A stretch of DNA of 64,000 nt from an uncultured Alphaproteobacteria bacterium. GTDB lineage: Bacteria; Pseudomonadota; Alphaproteobacteria; Methylaequorales; Methylaequoraceae. Of the stretch, positions 22,077 through 31,556 are shown piece by piece. Position 1 is the first letter of the stretch; every line of letters starts with the position of its first letter. The position numbers and the translations under genes are program-made. The stretch lies in NCBI GenBank assembly GCA_902530985.1, contig CACACI010000001.1, forward strand, positions 3,979-67,978, read 5' to 3'. The notes beneath the pieces are model-generated. The model saw only the letters and a list, made by a program, of their open reading frames with translations. It searched no databases and was not told the origin of the DNA.

Positions 22077-23178
22077 TTTTAGACATTAATTGATCTATCA
22101 AGTCGTTAATTCCAATATAATCAGACTCAATTCTTTTTTCTAATTTCAATACACCAGAACCATCAGACCTTACAACTAGTCCATTCGTATCAAATCCCGG
22201 CGTTTTGACAGGAATATAAATATCATACGCTACCTTATTTTTATGATTAGGGTGTCCAACAAAAATATTTTTCTTAAATTTTAAAACTTTTGGATCTGAA
22301 TTTAGATTTGATATATATATTTGAGTTTTCTTATAATCTTTTTGTCTTATGGCATTATAATTTTCTGGATCATAAGAAACACCCCAATCTGTAAAACTGA
22401 TTGAACCAGGAAATCCTGTTTTTGTAACACAACAATTTACAAATCCAGAGGAATTATTAAGACCTGAAATTCTAAACATTCTAACTTTTTTTAAATTGTT
22501 GTTGATGTATGCGAAATTCTTAAAAATCTGTTGAATTAAAATAAAGCTATTGCATGGATTAATAATAATAACAGGATACTTAGAAACTTTTATTTTTTTT
22601 TGTAATTGTTCATATCTACTCTCTGTTGTATTTTCCCCAAAAAGATTAATAAAAATATCTGCAGAAATTTCTAGATTCTTATATTTAAATTCATTTTTAA
22701 AAACTGACGGAAATTTTTCGCTAAACAAAAAAACTGAATTATTAGTCTTTGTTTTACCCCAATCAATATTTTTAATAAAACTCTCTAAAATATATCTATC
22801 AAAATTACCAATAAAGATTATTAAATCTGATCTTTTCCTTAATTCATTAAATGATAAAAGTGAAGCACCATATTTTTGGTATGCTGAGTAAAAGTTTTTT
22901 ATTTCATCATTTTCAACATGATTTACAGATGATCTACTCTTCTCTGCTAGAGAAAGAATAGAACCTAATGAACCTTGATCACAAATCAGTCCATCGAAAT
23001 GGACTGTTTCTTTTTTATTAAAAACTTCTTTAAGTTTTCCAATGGCTTTATCCAAAGAAACCTTTTTTCCTTGAATTAAGGGTGATGTTTTGAGTTTATA
23101 ATTATTTTGCTCTGATTTTAAATTAAATTTTTGATTAGTATAACCAAACCAAAAAAAGTCATTAAGGTTAGTTTTCAT
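22069..23178 (-). CDS. fhcB: FwdB-like subunit of the formyltransferase/hydrolase complex, lacking the N-terminal Cys cluster
   Basis: 369 aa. C-terminal IPVKTPGFDTNGLVVRSDG resembles the FwdB C-terminus. No metal-cluster Cys motif, as in FhcB. Confidence 0.55.
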   Translation of the reverse strand: MKTNLNDFFWFGYTNQKFNLKSEQNNYKLKTSPLIQGKKVSLDKAIGKLKEVFNKKETVHFDGLICDQGSLGSILSLAEKSRSSVNHVENDEIKNFYSAYQKYGASLLSFNELRKRSDLIIFIGNFDRYILESFIKNIDWGKTKTNNSVFLFSEKFPSVFKNEFKYKNLEISADIFINLFGENTTESRYEQLQKKIKVSKYPVIIINPCNSFILIQQIFKNFAYINNNLKKVRMFRISGLNNSSGFVNCCVTKTGFPGSISFTDWGVSYDPENYNAIRQKDYKKTQIYISNLNSDPKVLKFKKNIFVGHPNHKNKVAYDIYIPVKTPGFDTNGLVVRSDGSGVLKLEKRIESDYIGINDLIDQLMSKND

Positions 23179-23552
23179 TATTTATTATATTTTATATAAG
23201 CAAAACGGGGGTCAGAAGGAGTCCCTTCGAGCGATAAATCTTCATCATTTGGATTCCACAATATAAACTCATCAATCTTTTGTGCTAGATCAAAATCAAG
23301 TTGAGTTATTCCTTTCATAGCATGATTCATTAATTTCACCTCTACAAAAGCATACGAAATCTGTAAGTCAGGATGATGCCATGCTACCTCTGCTAGATGT
23401 CCAACTGCGTTTACAACCATCAATGTTGATTTCCAACTATGCGTTTTAAAAGTCTTACGGATCCATTTACCGTCGTATTCCCAACCATTTAATTTTTCTC
23501 CTAAAAAACTTTTTATTTCTGCTTCATTAAAAACTTTTATTTTTTTATTCAC
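23178..23552 (-). CDS. Pterin-4a-carbinolamine dehydratase (PCD/DCoH family)
   Basis: 124 aa. VAWHHPDL...VKL motif matches the PCD signature [EA]xxxHHP[DE]. First gene of the pcd-fhcBDC operon. Confidence 0.7.
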   Translation of the reverse strand: MNKKIKVFNEAEIKSFLGEKLNGWEYDGKWIRKTFKTHSWKSTLMVVNAVGHLAEVAWHHPDLQISYAFVEVKLMNHAMKGITQLDFDLAQKIDEFILWNPNDEDLSLEGTPSDPRFAYIKYNK

Positions 23553-23641
23553 AAGATTTCCCCTGATTTCTTTTTTTAATATAAACTGTAAGTTAAATTA
23601 ATATTATATTTTAAATTTATAATAATAAATAAAATTATTTT

Positions 23642-24616
23642 ATGAAAAAGAATTTCACCATAAACGCACCTGCTAGAATACATATTGGTTTTTTAGATCT
23701 AGACAAAAATAGTAACAGGAAATATGGAAGTCTTGGTCTAACAATCTCTGATTTCTCATATAAAATTAAGATAGAGAATTCTAATAGAATAACTGTTAAT
23801 TGTCGTAATCAAGAACTTAAATCAAAAATTAAAAAGATTATAAATGCTTTCAACAAAAAAAAAAAAATATTAGGTTGTAAAATTACAGTTTTAAATGAAA
23901 TTCCTATCCATAGAGGTCTTGGGTCTGGAACTCAACTAGCATTATCTGTGGGATATTTAATAAGTAAATTAAACAAAATTAGAATTAATACAGATCAGAT
24001 GGCAATTAATCTTAGTCGGGGAATAAGGTCAGGAATAGGAATCGAATCATTTAAATATGGAGGTTTTAATGTTGATGTAGGGAAATTAAAAGGATCTTTT
24101 ACCCCCCCCCTAAATATATTAAATATTAAATGGCCCAAAAAATGGAAAATTTTACTGATTCTTGATACAAATCTTGTTGGAACTCATGGAAAAAAAGAAG
24201 ATCAAGAATTTAGAGATTTAAAAAAAATAAATATAAGCCAAGTTAATTTAAATTGTAAATCATTATTAATGAATATTATTCCTGGTTTGATCGAAAAAAA
24301 CTTTGACGAGTTCTCCAAGGGTCTTAGAGTTATCCAAAATAATATGTCAAAAATATTTTATGGAAATGTTAATAAATTTGCCAGCAACGCAATTGAACAA
24401 ATATTTATGAATTTGAAAAAAAAAGGTATTATTAGTTTTGGTCAGTCCTCTTGGGGGCCGACAGGTTTCATTTTTTTTGAAAATTCAAAAAAAAGAAATC
24501 AGTTGTTAAAATATATAGAAAAATATATTAGTTTAAACAAAATTAGTGGTTTAGAACTTTTAAAAGTTGAAGGAAGAAATTCTGGTAAAAAATTGAACAT
24601 AAAGGAAAATGTATGA
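23642..24616 (+). CDS. mptG: GHMP-kinase-fold protein, probable beta-ribofuranosylaminobenzene 5'-phosphate (RFAP) synthase for H4MPT biosynthesis
   Basis: 324 aa with the GHMP motif PIHRGLGSGTQLALS. First gene of the H4MPT operon, upstream of mtd. Contains a C9 homopolymer at 24112-24120. Confidence 0.55.
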   Translation: MKKNFTINAPARIHIGFLDLDKNSNRKYGSLGLTISDFSYKIKIENSNRITVNCRNQELKSKIKKIINAFNKKKKILGCKITVLNEIPIHRGLGSGTQLALSVGYLISKLNKIRINTDQMAINLSRGIRSGIGIESFKYGGFNVDVGKLKGSFTPPLNILNIKWPKKWKILLILDTNLVGTHGKKEDQEFRDLKKINISQVNLNCKSLLMNIIPGLIEKNFDEFSKGLRVIQNNMSKIFYGNVNKFASNAIEQIFMNLKKKGIISFGQSSWGPTGFIFFENSKKRNQLLKYIEKYISLNKISGLELLKVEGRNSGKKLNIKENV

Positions 24617-25509
24617 CAAAAAAAAATATTCTTCATATGATAAGTCCACAAGAAAATGTAAGTCCATTTGATGTAAATATGGCTTGTGATGCAGGTTATG
24701 ATCTTGTTATCCCATACACAAATGTAAATCTAACCGATGTAAAAGGATTGGTTCAAGATGCAATATTCTCAAGATCAGTAAAAAATACAAAAAAAACAGG
24801 TATGTTTATATGTGGAAAAGATGCTTCTCTTGCGCTCGATATGATGGACATGGCAAGAAAATCAATGGTTCCTCCTTTTGAAATATCTGTATTTCCTGAT
24901 CCTGCGGGATCATTTACAACAGCTGCAGCAATGGTCGCATGTACTGAACAAACCTTAAAAAATAAATTTAATACAGACTTTAATAACAAGAATGTTGTTA
25001 TATATGGAGGTAAAGGTATTGTTGGGGGAATTTCAGCAATAATGTGTGCACAAAAAGGGTCAAAGTGTACAATTGTAGGGTATGATGGAATTGCAAATGT
25101 AAGAAAAAAAGCCGAAGAATATAAATCACGTTTTGGGGTTGATATAACTCCAGGCGATGGTTCCACAGATGAACTAAACTCTTCTTATCTCCCAGATGCA
25201 GATATTATTTTCTGTGCCGCACGAGCTGGAACGCAAGTTATAAGTAAAGATCAATTAAAACTTGCAAAAAGAACTCAAATTCTTGCTGATGTTAATGCAG
25301 TTCCACCAGCTGGTTTGGAAGGTATAAATCTTAAAGATGATGATAGCAAGCATTCTTGTGGAGCTCTATCAATTGGACCATTAACTTCTGGCGATATAAA
25401 AGTTAAAACACAATACAAAATGTTTGAAAAAATGTGTTCTACCGAAACCCCATTATATTTAAATTTTGATGAGGCCCTCGTTACAGCTAGAGAAGTATTA
25501 GGTATCTAA
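24613..25509 (+). CDS. mtdB: NAD(P)-dependent methylene-tetrahydromethanopterin dehydrogenase (MtdA/MtdB family)
   Basis: 298 aa with an internal Rossmann motif (VVIYGGKGIVGG). Length and context match MtdB. ATGA overlap with the upstream gene. Confidence 0.75.
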   Translation: MTKKNILHMISPQENVSPFDVNMACDAGYDLVIPYTNVNLTDVKGLVQDAIFSRSVKNTKKTGMFICGKDASLALDMMDMARKSMVPPFEISVFPDPAGSFTTAAAMVACTEQTLKNKFNTDFNNKNVVIYGGKGIVGGISAIMCAQKGSKCTIVGYDGIANVRKKAEEYKSRFGVDITPGDGSTDELNSSYLPDADIIFCAARAGTQVISKDQLKLAKRTQILADVNAVPPAGLEGINLKDDDSKHSCGALSIGPLTSGDIKVKTQYKMFEKMCSTETPLYLNFDEALVTAREVLGI

Positions 25510-26591
25510 TTAAAAAGAAAATATTACTAATTGCTTCCTCTTGTGAGGATTTAGCAAAAATTTTCTATAAATTAAATTATAAAGTATATGCAATATGTAA
25601 ATATAACAGCTTGAGTCTCAAAAAGTATTGTTCTGAAATTCTCGTTGTCAATTTCAAGGATAAAAAAAAAATAAAAGAATTCACAAAACAAAAAAAAGTT
25701 TCAGGAGCTGAAATTCTTTTAGGTTCAGGTTTTGCCGAATTACTTGAAGAAGATTTATTTTATTTTCAAGGTTTTGATAGAGGTAATAATTTAAAAGTTC
25801 ATCAAGAAATTAATTCAGAGAACTTCTTTTTTAATTTGCAAGAAAACAAAATCAATGTTCCACCATGGTCTCTAACAAAACCCAATTCCAAAGACTGGTT
25901 ACTTAAGGATTTTTTATCTTTTGGGGGTAATTCTGTAAGTAATTTTTTAAAAAATCCAATATTAGGAAATTTTCAATATTTTCAAAAAATAATCCAAGGA
26001 GAAAATTTATCCATCCAGTTTTTTTCAAAAAATAAAAAAATAAAAATTCTTTCTGTTTGCAATCAATTTTTCTCTAAAAGAAATCATAAACCGTTTCTAA
26101 TTGAATCTATTATTTCAAGAAAAACTAGTCCAAAACTTTTAAAAAGATTATTAAGAATATGTTATAAAATCTGTTATTTATATAATTTGAATGGGATAAA
26201 TAATTTAGATATGGTTTTAGAAACTAGTTCAGAAAAAATTTTTGTGATAGAGCTTAATGCCAGACCTGGTCTAAGTACTAACTTAATTTATAAAATTCAC
26301 AAGGATATTTTCACTGATTCTTTTTTTCAAGCTAAAAAAAGAATTCATAATTTTTATTATGGTACCCAGATTATTTATAGTGATAAGAAGGTAATTATAG
26401 ATAAAAAGAAACTTAACTTTTTTAAAAATCTTGCAAATAACAATTCATTTTCAGAACTTCCACTTGGAAAACAAATAATAAACATTGATGAACCTATTTG
26501 TTTGGTTCACTTAAAGTCAAAAAAAAATCAAATACTAAGAGATAATTTAAAGAAAATATCGTATAAGGTCTTAAATAATCTAAGTAAATAA
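25509..26591 (+). CDS. ATP-grasp protein (H4MPT/methanofuran biosynthesis-associated ligase). Start codon unresolved.
   Basis: ATP-grasp core (FVIELNARPGLST). A conserved pre-ATP-grasp N-domain (KKILLIASSCEDLAKIFYKLNYKVYAIC) lies in frame upstream of the tracked TTG at 25611. No ATG/GTG exists in that frame back to the stop at 25488-25490. Confidence 0.5.
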   Translation: MKKKILLIASSCEDLAKIFYKLNYKVYAICKYNSLSLKKYCSEILVVNFKDKKKIKEFTKQKKVSGAEILLGSGFAELLEEDLFYFQGFDRGNNLKVHQEINSENFFFNLQENKINVPPWSLTKPNSKDWLLKDFLSFGGNSVSNFLKNPILGNFQYFQKIIQGENLSIQFFSKNKKIKILSVCNQFFSKRNHKPFLIESIISRKTSPKLLKRLLRICYKICYLYNLNGINNLDMVLETSSEKIFVIELNARPGLSTNLIYKIHKDIFTDSFFQAKKRIHNFYYGTQIIYSDKKVIIDKKKLNFFKNLANNNSFSELPLGKQIINIDEPICLVHLKSKKNQILRDNLKKISYKVLNNLSK

Positions 26592-26594
26592 ATC

Positions 26595-27545
26595 GTGAAC
26601 TATAGTATTAATAAACAAACTAATATCCTTCTAAATAATTTAATTAGACAAGCAGATAAGCTTGGTTTGGCTTTAGAAAATGGGCCATTAGGGTGCAAAA
26701 TTGTTGATGCAGGAATCAATACGCCGGGAAGTATTGAAGCAGGAATAAAAATTTCAGAAATATGTTTAGGTGGTTTAGGGGAAGTTAACATTTATCCAAG
26801 TTTTGATTTAAATTCATCTTTTAAAAATATTTCTGTGCATGCTTCAAACCCTGTATTAGCATGCTTAGGAAGTCAATACGCAGGCTGGAGCTTGAATTAT
26901 AAAAGTTTCTTCGCACTTGGATCTGGTCCTGCTAGATCAATAGCTCAAAAAGAAGAAATTTTTTCAAAAATAAAATATAAAGATAACGATTCATCAACTT
27001 GCCTTATACTTGAAGTTGATAAAATCCCGCCTGAAGAAATTGTAAAAAAGGTTTCTATTGATTGTAAGGTTCCATCAAAAGATATTACTTTTATTTTAAC
27101 TCCAACCACTTCAATATGTGGAACCATTCAAATAGTATCCAGAGTTTTAGAAGTTTCAATTCACAAAATTCATGAATTAAACTTCCCATTGAATAAAATT
27201 CTTTATGGATATGCTTCAGCTCCAATACCACCAATTGCAAGTGATTTCATATCAGGAATGGGAAGAACTAATGATGCAATTATTTATGGAGGAAAGGTAA
27301 GCCTTGGCATAGAAGATGAAGAAGATAAAATTATTGAACTTTCAAGAAATCTTCCAAGCTTTAATTCCAAGGACTATGGGAAACCATTTAAAAAAATTTT
27401 TTTAGATTATGAAAAAGATTTCTATAGAATAGATGGCTCACTATTTAGTCCTGCTTGTGTATTAATAAATTCAAAAAATTCAGGTAAATCATATATTTCT
27501 GGAAAAATTAATATTGACCTAATTGAAAGTTCATTCACATCTTAG
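26595..27545 (+). CDS. mch: Methenyl-tetrahydromethanopterin cyclohydrolase
   Basis: 316 aa. Close match to Mch signatures across its length (GCKIVDAGINTPGSIEAG, FFALGSGPAR, GKPFKKIF, FSPA). Confidence 0.92.
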   Translation: MNYSINKQTNILLNNLIRQADKLGLALENGPLGCKIVDAGINTPGSIEAGIKISEICLGGLGEVNIYPSFDLNSSFKNISVHASNPVLACLGSQYAGWSLNYKSFFALGSGPARSIAQKEEIFSKIKYKDNDSSTCLILEVDKIPPEEIVKKVSIDCKVPSKDITFILTPTTSICGTIQIVSRVLEVSIHKIHELNFPLNKILYGYASAPIPPIASDFISGMGRTNDAIIYGGKVSLGIEDEEDKIIELSRNLPSFNSKDYGKPFKKIFLDYEKDFYRIDGSLFSPACVLINSKNSGKSYISGKINIDLIESSFTS

Positions 27546-27546
27546 T

Positions 27547-28422
27547 ATGTATTCAATTGCTATAATTGGTGATATCCATGACTGGCATAGTCAACAAATA
27601 GAATCTCATTTAATTAAAAAGAAATGTAAAGTTGTCAAAATGAATTATGACCAATTACATGCCTTATTTAACAAAAAAAAAAAAATATTTATAAATCCAG
27701 AATTAAAAAATATTGATGGCATGTGGGTAAGATTTATAAATAATGGATTATTGGAAGAAATAACAACAAAATTAACTTTTTTGCATCTCCTTGAAGAAAA
27801 AGGAGTTTATATACATAACTCTGCGCAAGTCATAGAAAAAACTGTTGATAAAGTAAGAACCACTGGACTACTTGATATCAATCATATTCATTCACCTGAA
27901 ACTATTGTTAAGATAGGTAAGTTAGAGAATTTTAAATTAAAAAAAGATTATCTTTTAAAACCAATTTTTGGATCTCAAGGAAAAAATATTGTATTTCTTA
28001 AAAAATCTTCTGAATTAAAAAAAATTAAAGCAATTGGTAATGTATTCTATCTTCAAGAATTTATTGGAGATCCAAGTAAAAAAGTATTTTCAGATATTAG
28101 AGTCTTAGTCAGCAATCACATACCAATATCAATAATGAAACGTTCTTCTAATCAATTTTTAACAAATGCTTATCAAGGAGCCTCTACAGAAAAAATAAGG
28201 TTAAAGAAAGAAATAGATGTTATTTCCAGAAAAGTATCAAAATTATTTAAACTAGGTTACGGAGGAATTGACATTAAATTTTTCCAGAAAAAATATTATG
28301 TTTTAGAGGTAAATAGCATCCCCTCTTGGAAAGCAATTCAAAAAATAGAAAAAAAAAATATTTCTGAAATTTTAGTTAATGATTTTTTAAAGAATGTAAA
28401 AAGATGTCGTCTGAAATCTTAA
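27547..28422 (+). CDS. ATP-grasp (RimK-like) ligase, H4MPT-associated
   Basis: ATG at 27547 lies 1 nt after the mch stop. The tracked ORF began at an upstream TTG. Contains a RimK-like ATP-grasp fold (YVLEVNSIPSWKAI). Confidence 0.5.
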   Translation: MYSIAIIGDIHDWHSQQIESHLIKKKCKVVKMNYDQLHALFNKKKKIFINPELKNIDGMWVRFINNGLLEEITTKLTFLHLLEEKGVYIHNSAQVIEKTVDKVRTTGLLDINHIHSPETIVKIGKLENFKLKKDYLLKPIFGSQGKNIVFLKKSSELKKIKAIGNVFYLQEFIGDPSKKVFSDIRVLVSNHIPISIMKRSSNQFLTNAYQGASTEKIRLKKEIDVISRKVSKLFKLGYGGIDIKFFQKKYYVLEVNSIPSWKAIQKIEKKNISEILVNDFLKNVKRCRLKS

Positions 28423-29246
28423 GAAAAATATATTATGAATCTTGTTGCGAGGAATTGATGGTTCTTAAGCCAGGTAACCATAGTTCTTTTTCAAAAATTA
28501 TTGGAATGAGCGAATCAAAATTTAAATATGCTGCCAAAATCTCATCAAACTTTCTAACTGACAAAAATTTAAGTTTAGGAGAGGCTGTATATAATTCAGC
28601 CAAAATATGTAAGGTTGAATTAAACGCAAACTATAACTTAGGAATTATTATTTTATGTGCTCCAATCATAAGAGTTTGCATGAATTCAGTGAAAAGTTTT
28701 AAACTGGATTTACATAAACTACTAAATACAATTTCTGAAAAAGATGGAGACCTTATAATTAGTTCAATAGAGTATGTTAAACCAGCAGGGATAAAAAATT
28801 ATCATGGCGCAGGTAATATATTTGGATCAAATAAGAAACTCAGTTTTTCAAAAATAATGAAAATTGGTTCTAAATGGGACAGGATATCAAGGTGTTATAA
28901 TCAAGATTTTAGGGAAATTCTAGAATTTGGTTTACCACTTTACCAATCATTAAAGAAAAAAACATCAAAAAGAAGAGCTATGGAAATTCTATATATTAAT
29001 TATTTGGCTTACTCAGAGGATAGTCATCTTTTAAGAAAATTTGGAAAATATAAAGCTAGAATAGTTGTCAGAAAAAGTGAATTCATAAAAAAAAAATTGA
29101 GTATTTTTAAAAAAAATAAAAATTTATTGGTTAATTTTGACAGATATCTCAAAAAATTTCATTACAATCCAGGTACTTGTGCCGATTTAACAGTTACAAC
29201 CTTGCTAATAGATAAAATTAGAGATATATTCAAGTTTCCATTATAA
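28404..29246 (+). CDS. CitG/MdcB-like (triphosphoribosyl-dephospho-CoA synthase family) protein of H4MPT clusters
   Basis: 280 aa. Composition and placement match the CitG-like orf of methylotroph H4MPT islands. Low-certainty family call. Confidence 0.4.
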   Translation: MSSEILRKIYYESCCEELMVLKPGNHSSFSKIIGMSESKFKYAAKISSNFLTDKNLSLGEAVYNSAKICKVELNANYNLGIIILCAPIIRVCMNSVKSFKLDLHKLLNTISEKDGDLIISSIEYVKPAGIKNYHGAGNIFGSNKKLSFSKIMKIGSKWDRISRCYNQDFREILEFGLPLYQSLKKKTSKRRAMEILYINYLAYSEDSHLLRKFGKYKARIVVRKSEFIKKKLSIFKKNKNLLVNFDRYLKKFHYNPGTCADLTVTTLLIDKIRDIFKFPL

Positions 29247-29291
29247 TTTTTCGTTATGATGGATTTATAGTAATCTTTATATGGAGGAAAT

Positions 29292-29801
29292 ATGGCTAAA
29301 ATTACAAAGATGCTTGTTGGAGAATCATTAGTTGGTGATGGAAATGAAGTCGCTCACATTGACTTAATAATTGGTCCAAGAGGCACTCCAGCAGAAACAG
29401 CGTTTGCAAACAGCCTAACTAACAACAAAGATGGCTTTACTGCACTTCTAGCTGTTGTAGCGCCAAATCTAATGACTAAACCTGCCACATGTATGTTTAA
29501 TAAAGTAACAATTAAAGGTGCTAAACAAGCTGTTCAAATGTTTGGTCCAGCACAACATGGTGTAGCTAAAGCTGTTATGGATTGTGTAGCAGAAGGAACT
29601 ATTCCTGCTGATGAAGCTGATGATTTATTCATCTCAGTTGGTGTATTCATTCACTGGCTTGCAGAAGATGATAAAAAGATTCAAGAATATAATTATCAAG
29701 CTACAAAAGAGTCTATTGAAAGAGCAGTATCTGGGGAGCCAAAAGCTAAAGATGTTGTTTCTCAAAAAGATTCTGCAGAGCATCCTTTTGCAGCCAAATG
29801 A
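29292..29801 (+). CDS. fae: Formaldehyde-activating enzyme
   Basis: 169 aa, near-identical along its length to Fae (MAKI...[32 protein letters not shown]...FGPAQHGVA...HPFAA). GC and codon usage are elevated relative to neighbours. RBS GGAGG. Confidence 0.97.
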   Translation: MAKITKMLVGESLVGDGNEVAHIDLIIGPRGTPAETAFANSLTNNKDGFTALLAVVAPNLMTKPATCMFNKVTIKGAKQAVQMFGPAQHGVAKAVMDCVAEGTIPADEADDLFISVGVFIHWLAEDDKKIQEYNYQATKESIERAVSGEPKAKDVVSQKDSAEHPFAAK

Positions 29802-29871
29802 AATTCATCCGACATGGAGCCATCAACAAAAGCTAATGGTGGCGGATGGCTTTCAAGGTTGTTATCTTTTT

Positions 29872-30582
29872 TTAAAGGAAGTTAATATCTAGGGACTCAA
29901 AACTGTCCCTAGATAACATTTTGTGTAAAAGTGATGAGGATAAAACATTTTGCACCCCTACTCTAGATAGTTGAGCTATCTGTCCTTCTGTTTTAACCCC
30001 TCCTGCAACTGTTAAATTGTGAGAGGTTAAGCAACCTTTTAGTTTTTTAATTAATTTAAAATCTAAACCTCGACCACCAACTTTATCTAAAAACATTAAA
30101 ATAATATCTAAACAAATCTTTTCTTTTTTTATTCTTTTTATCCAATTATTTTGTTTTCCATTAAAATCAATCGATATTTCAGTTTTTTTTAAAAAAGTAT
30201 AGGATTTAAGGTTAAAATTCCTAAGTGTCTCAGTTCCTAAAACAATTTTATAATTATCCAGTTCCTGATTCTTTTTCCTTTTATGGTAATAATACACTGA
30301 TAAAGGATAATCAAAACCAGCATCTATAAGAAAAGTTATGTCAGGGAAGTTGTAAAGAATTTTTTCAATTAATCTATTGTTTGTTCCAAGCTTGCTAATG
30401 GAATCAAGGTCAGCAATATATACTTTTTTTAAATCTATTTTTTTTTTTATATTGGATATAAGTTTTATTGGATCGGAATAATCTTTGTTACCTAAAAATA
30501 AAGGTTTGTAATTTATTCTTACACCAGCAAAAGCTTTAACTACTTTACCATTTATAATATCAACTGCTAATATAATATTCAT
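29872..30582 (-). CDS. HisA/HisF-fold protein (H4MPT biosynthesis-associated)
   Basis: 236 aa. N-terminal ILAVDIINGKVV and an internal GG motif typical of HisA/HisF (beta/alpha)8 barrels. An 8-bp stem hairpin lies inside its 3' end. Confidence 0.5.
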   Translation of the reverse strand: MNIILAVDIINGKVVKAFAGVRINYKPLFLGNKDYSDPIKLISNIKKKIDLKKVYIADLDSISKLGTNNRLIEKILYNFPDITFLIDAGFDYPLSVYYYHKRKKNQELDNYKIVLGTETLRNFNLKSYTFLKKTEISIDFNGKQNNWIKRIKKEKICLDIILMFLDKVGGRGLDFKLIKKLKGCLTSHNLTVAGGVKTEGQIAQLSRVGVQNVLSSSLLHKMLSRDSFESLDINFL

Positions 30583-30596
30583 AAATACTTAAATGA

Positions 30597-31556
30597 ATGA
30601 AAAATTTGATATTGATAGAATATTTCACGTCTCAATCAACTTTTGATTTAAATAAAGATAAAGAAATCTTCAGAGAAGCATTAAATATGACAAACTCAAT
30701 AATTAAAAATTTTATTCAAATAGATCAAATAAAAAATTTAATTGTCATAAGAAATGAAAATCTTAAAATAATTAAATCAAAAAAAATTCAATATTTCTTT
30801 ACTAATAAAAATCTATCTTACATTGATATTTTAGATGATTTCAAGATAAATGATGAAGTTATTTTGATTGCTCCAGAAATTCAAAAAATATCTTTGAAAA
30901 TATACTCTAACTTGAGAAAAAAATTTGTTGTTTTAGGATCAGATCTTAAATGTATGCAAACTTTTTCATCCAAAATTAAGACATTACAAACTTTAAAAGA
31001 ATTAAAATTACCTGTTGTTGAATTTAACCAAACCTTATCATCTTCTGAAGGTTTATTTATAATAAAACCAGATTACGGAGCTGGTTCAAATGACATAATT
31101 TTAACCAATAAGGTGAATGTTTCAAAAATTAAAAGGTCCTCAATCTTACAAAAATTCTATAAAGGCAAAAAAGGAAGTTTTTTGATGTTATGTAAAAACG
31201 GTACGTCTAAAGTAATTAGTTGCAATGAACAAATTATCAAAATAAATAAAAAAAAAATCAAACAAATAGGTTGTATAATGGGTGGTTTAGAGGACCACAG
31301 GAAAGAAATTGAAATTTTAGCTAGAGAAATTACTAACAAATTTAAAGGTCTTTTTGGTCTCATAGGAGTCGATATAGTTAGGGAGAAAAAAAAATGGCTT
31401 ATTCTAGAAATTAATTCACGGTTTACGAGCTCTTATTGCGGTTTAGAGCACTCCTATAGTTCTAAAACTATCAAAGAAATTACTAATTTTTATATTAAAA
31501 AAAAGATTGGGAATGCAACACCAAAAAATCTGAATAGACTTGAGTATATATTTTAA
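30597..31556 (+). CDS. ATP-grasp-like protein, H4MPT-associated
   Basis: 319 aa. N-terminal LILIEYF resembles the pre-ATP-grasp domain, and IIKPDYGAGSNDII is a nucleotide-binding loop. Third ATP-grasp paralog in the island. Confidence 0.4.
   Translation: MKNLILIEYFTSQSTFDLNKDKEIFREALNMTNSIIKNFIQIDQIKNLIVIRNENLKIIKSKKIQYFFTNKNLSYIDILDDFKINDEVILIAPEIQKISLKIYSNLRKKFVVLGSDLKCMQTFSSKIKTLQTLKELKLPVVEFNQTLSSSEGLFIIKPDYGAGSNDIILTNKVNVSKIKRSSILQKFYKGKKGSFLMLCKNGTSKVISCNEQIIKINKKKIKQIGCIMGGLEDHRKEIEILAREITNKFKGLFGLIGVDIVREKKKWLILEINSRFTSSYCGLEHSYSSKTIKEITNFYIKKKIGNATPKNLNRLEYIF

Noticed and set aside
29611-29892. 93-aa ORF overlapping the 3' end of fae in another frame
   Set aside because: The fae frame is conserved to the residue, so the overlapping frame is a by-product.
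29889-29912. Perfect 8-bp-stem hairpin (CTAGGGAC-N8-GTCCCTAG) 88 nt downstream of fae
   Set aside because: It lies inside the 3' coding end of the convergent HisA-like gene and is not followed by a U-tract on either strand. A fae terminator role cannot be supported from sequence alone.
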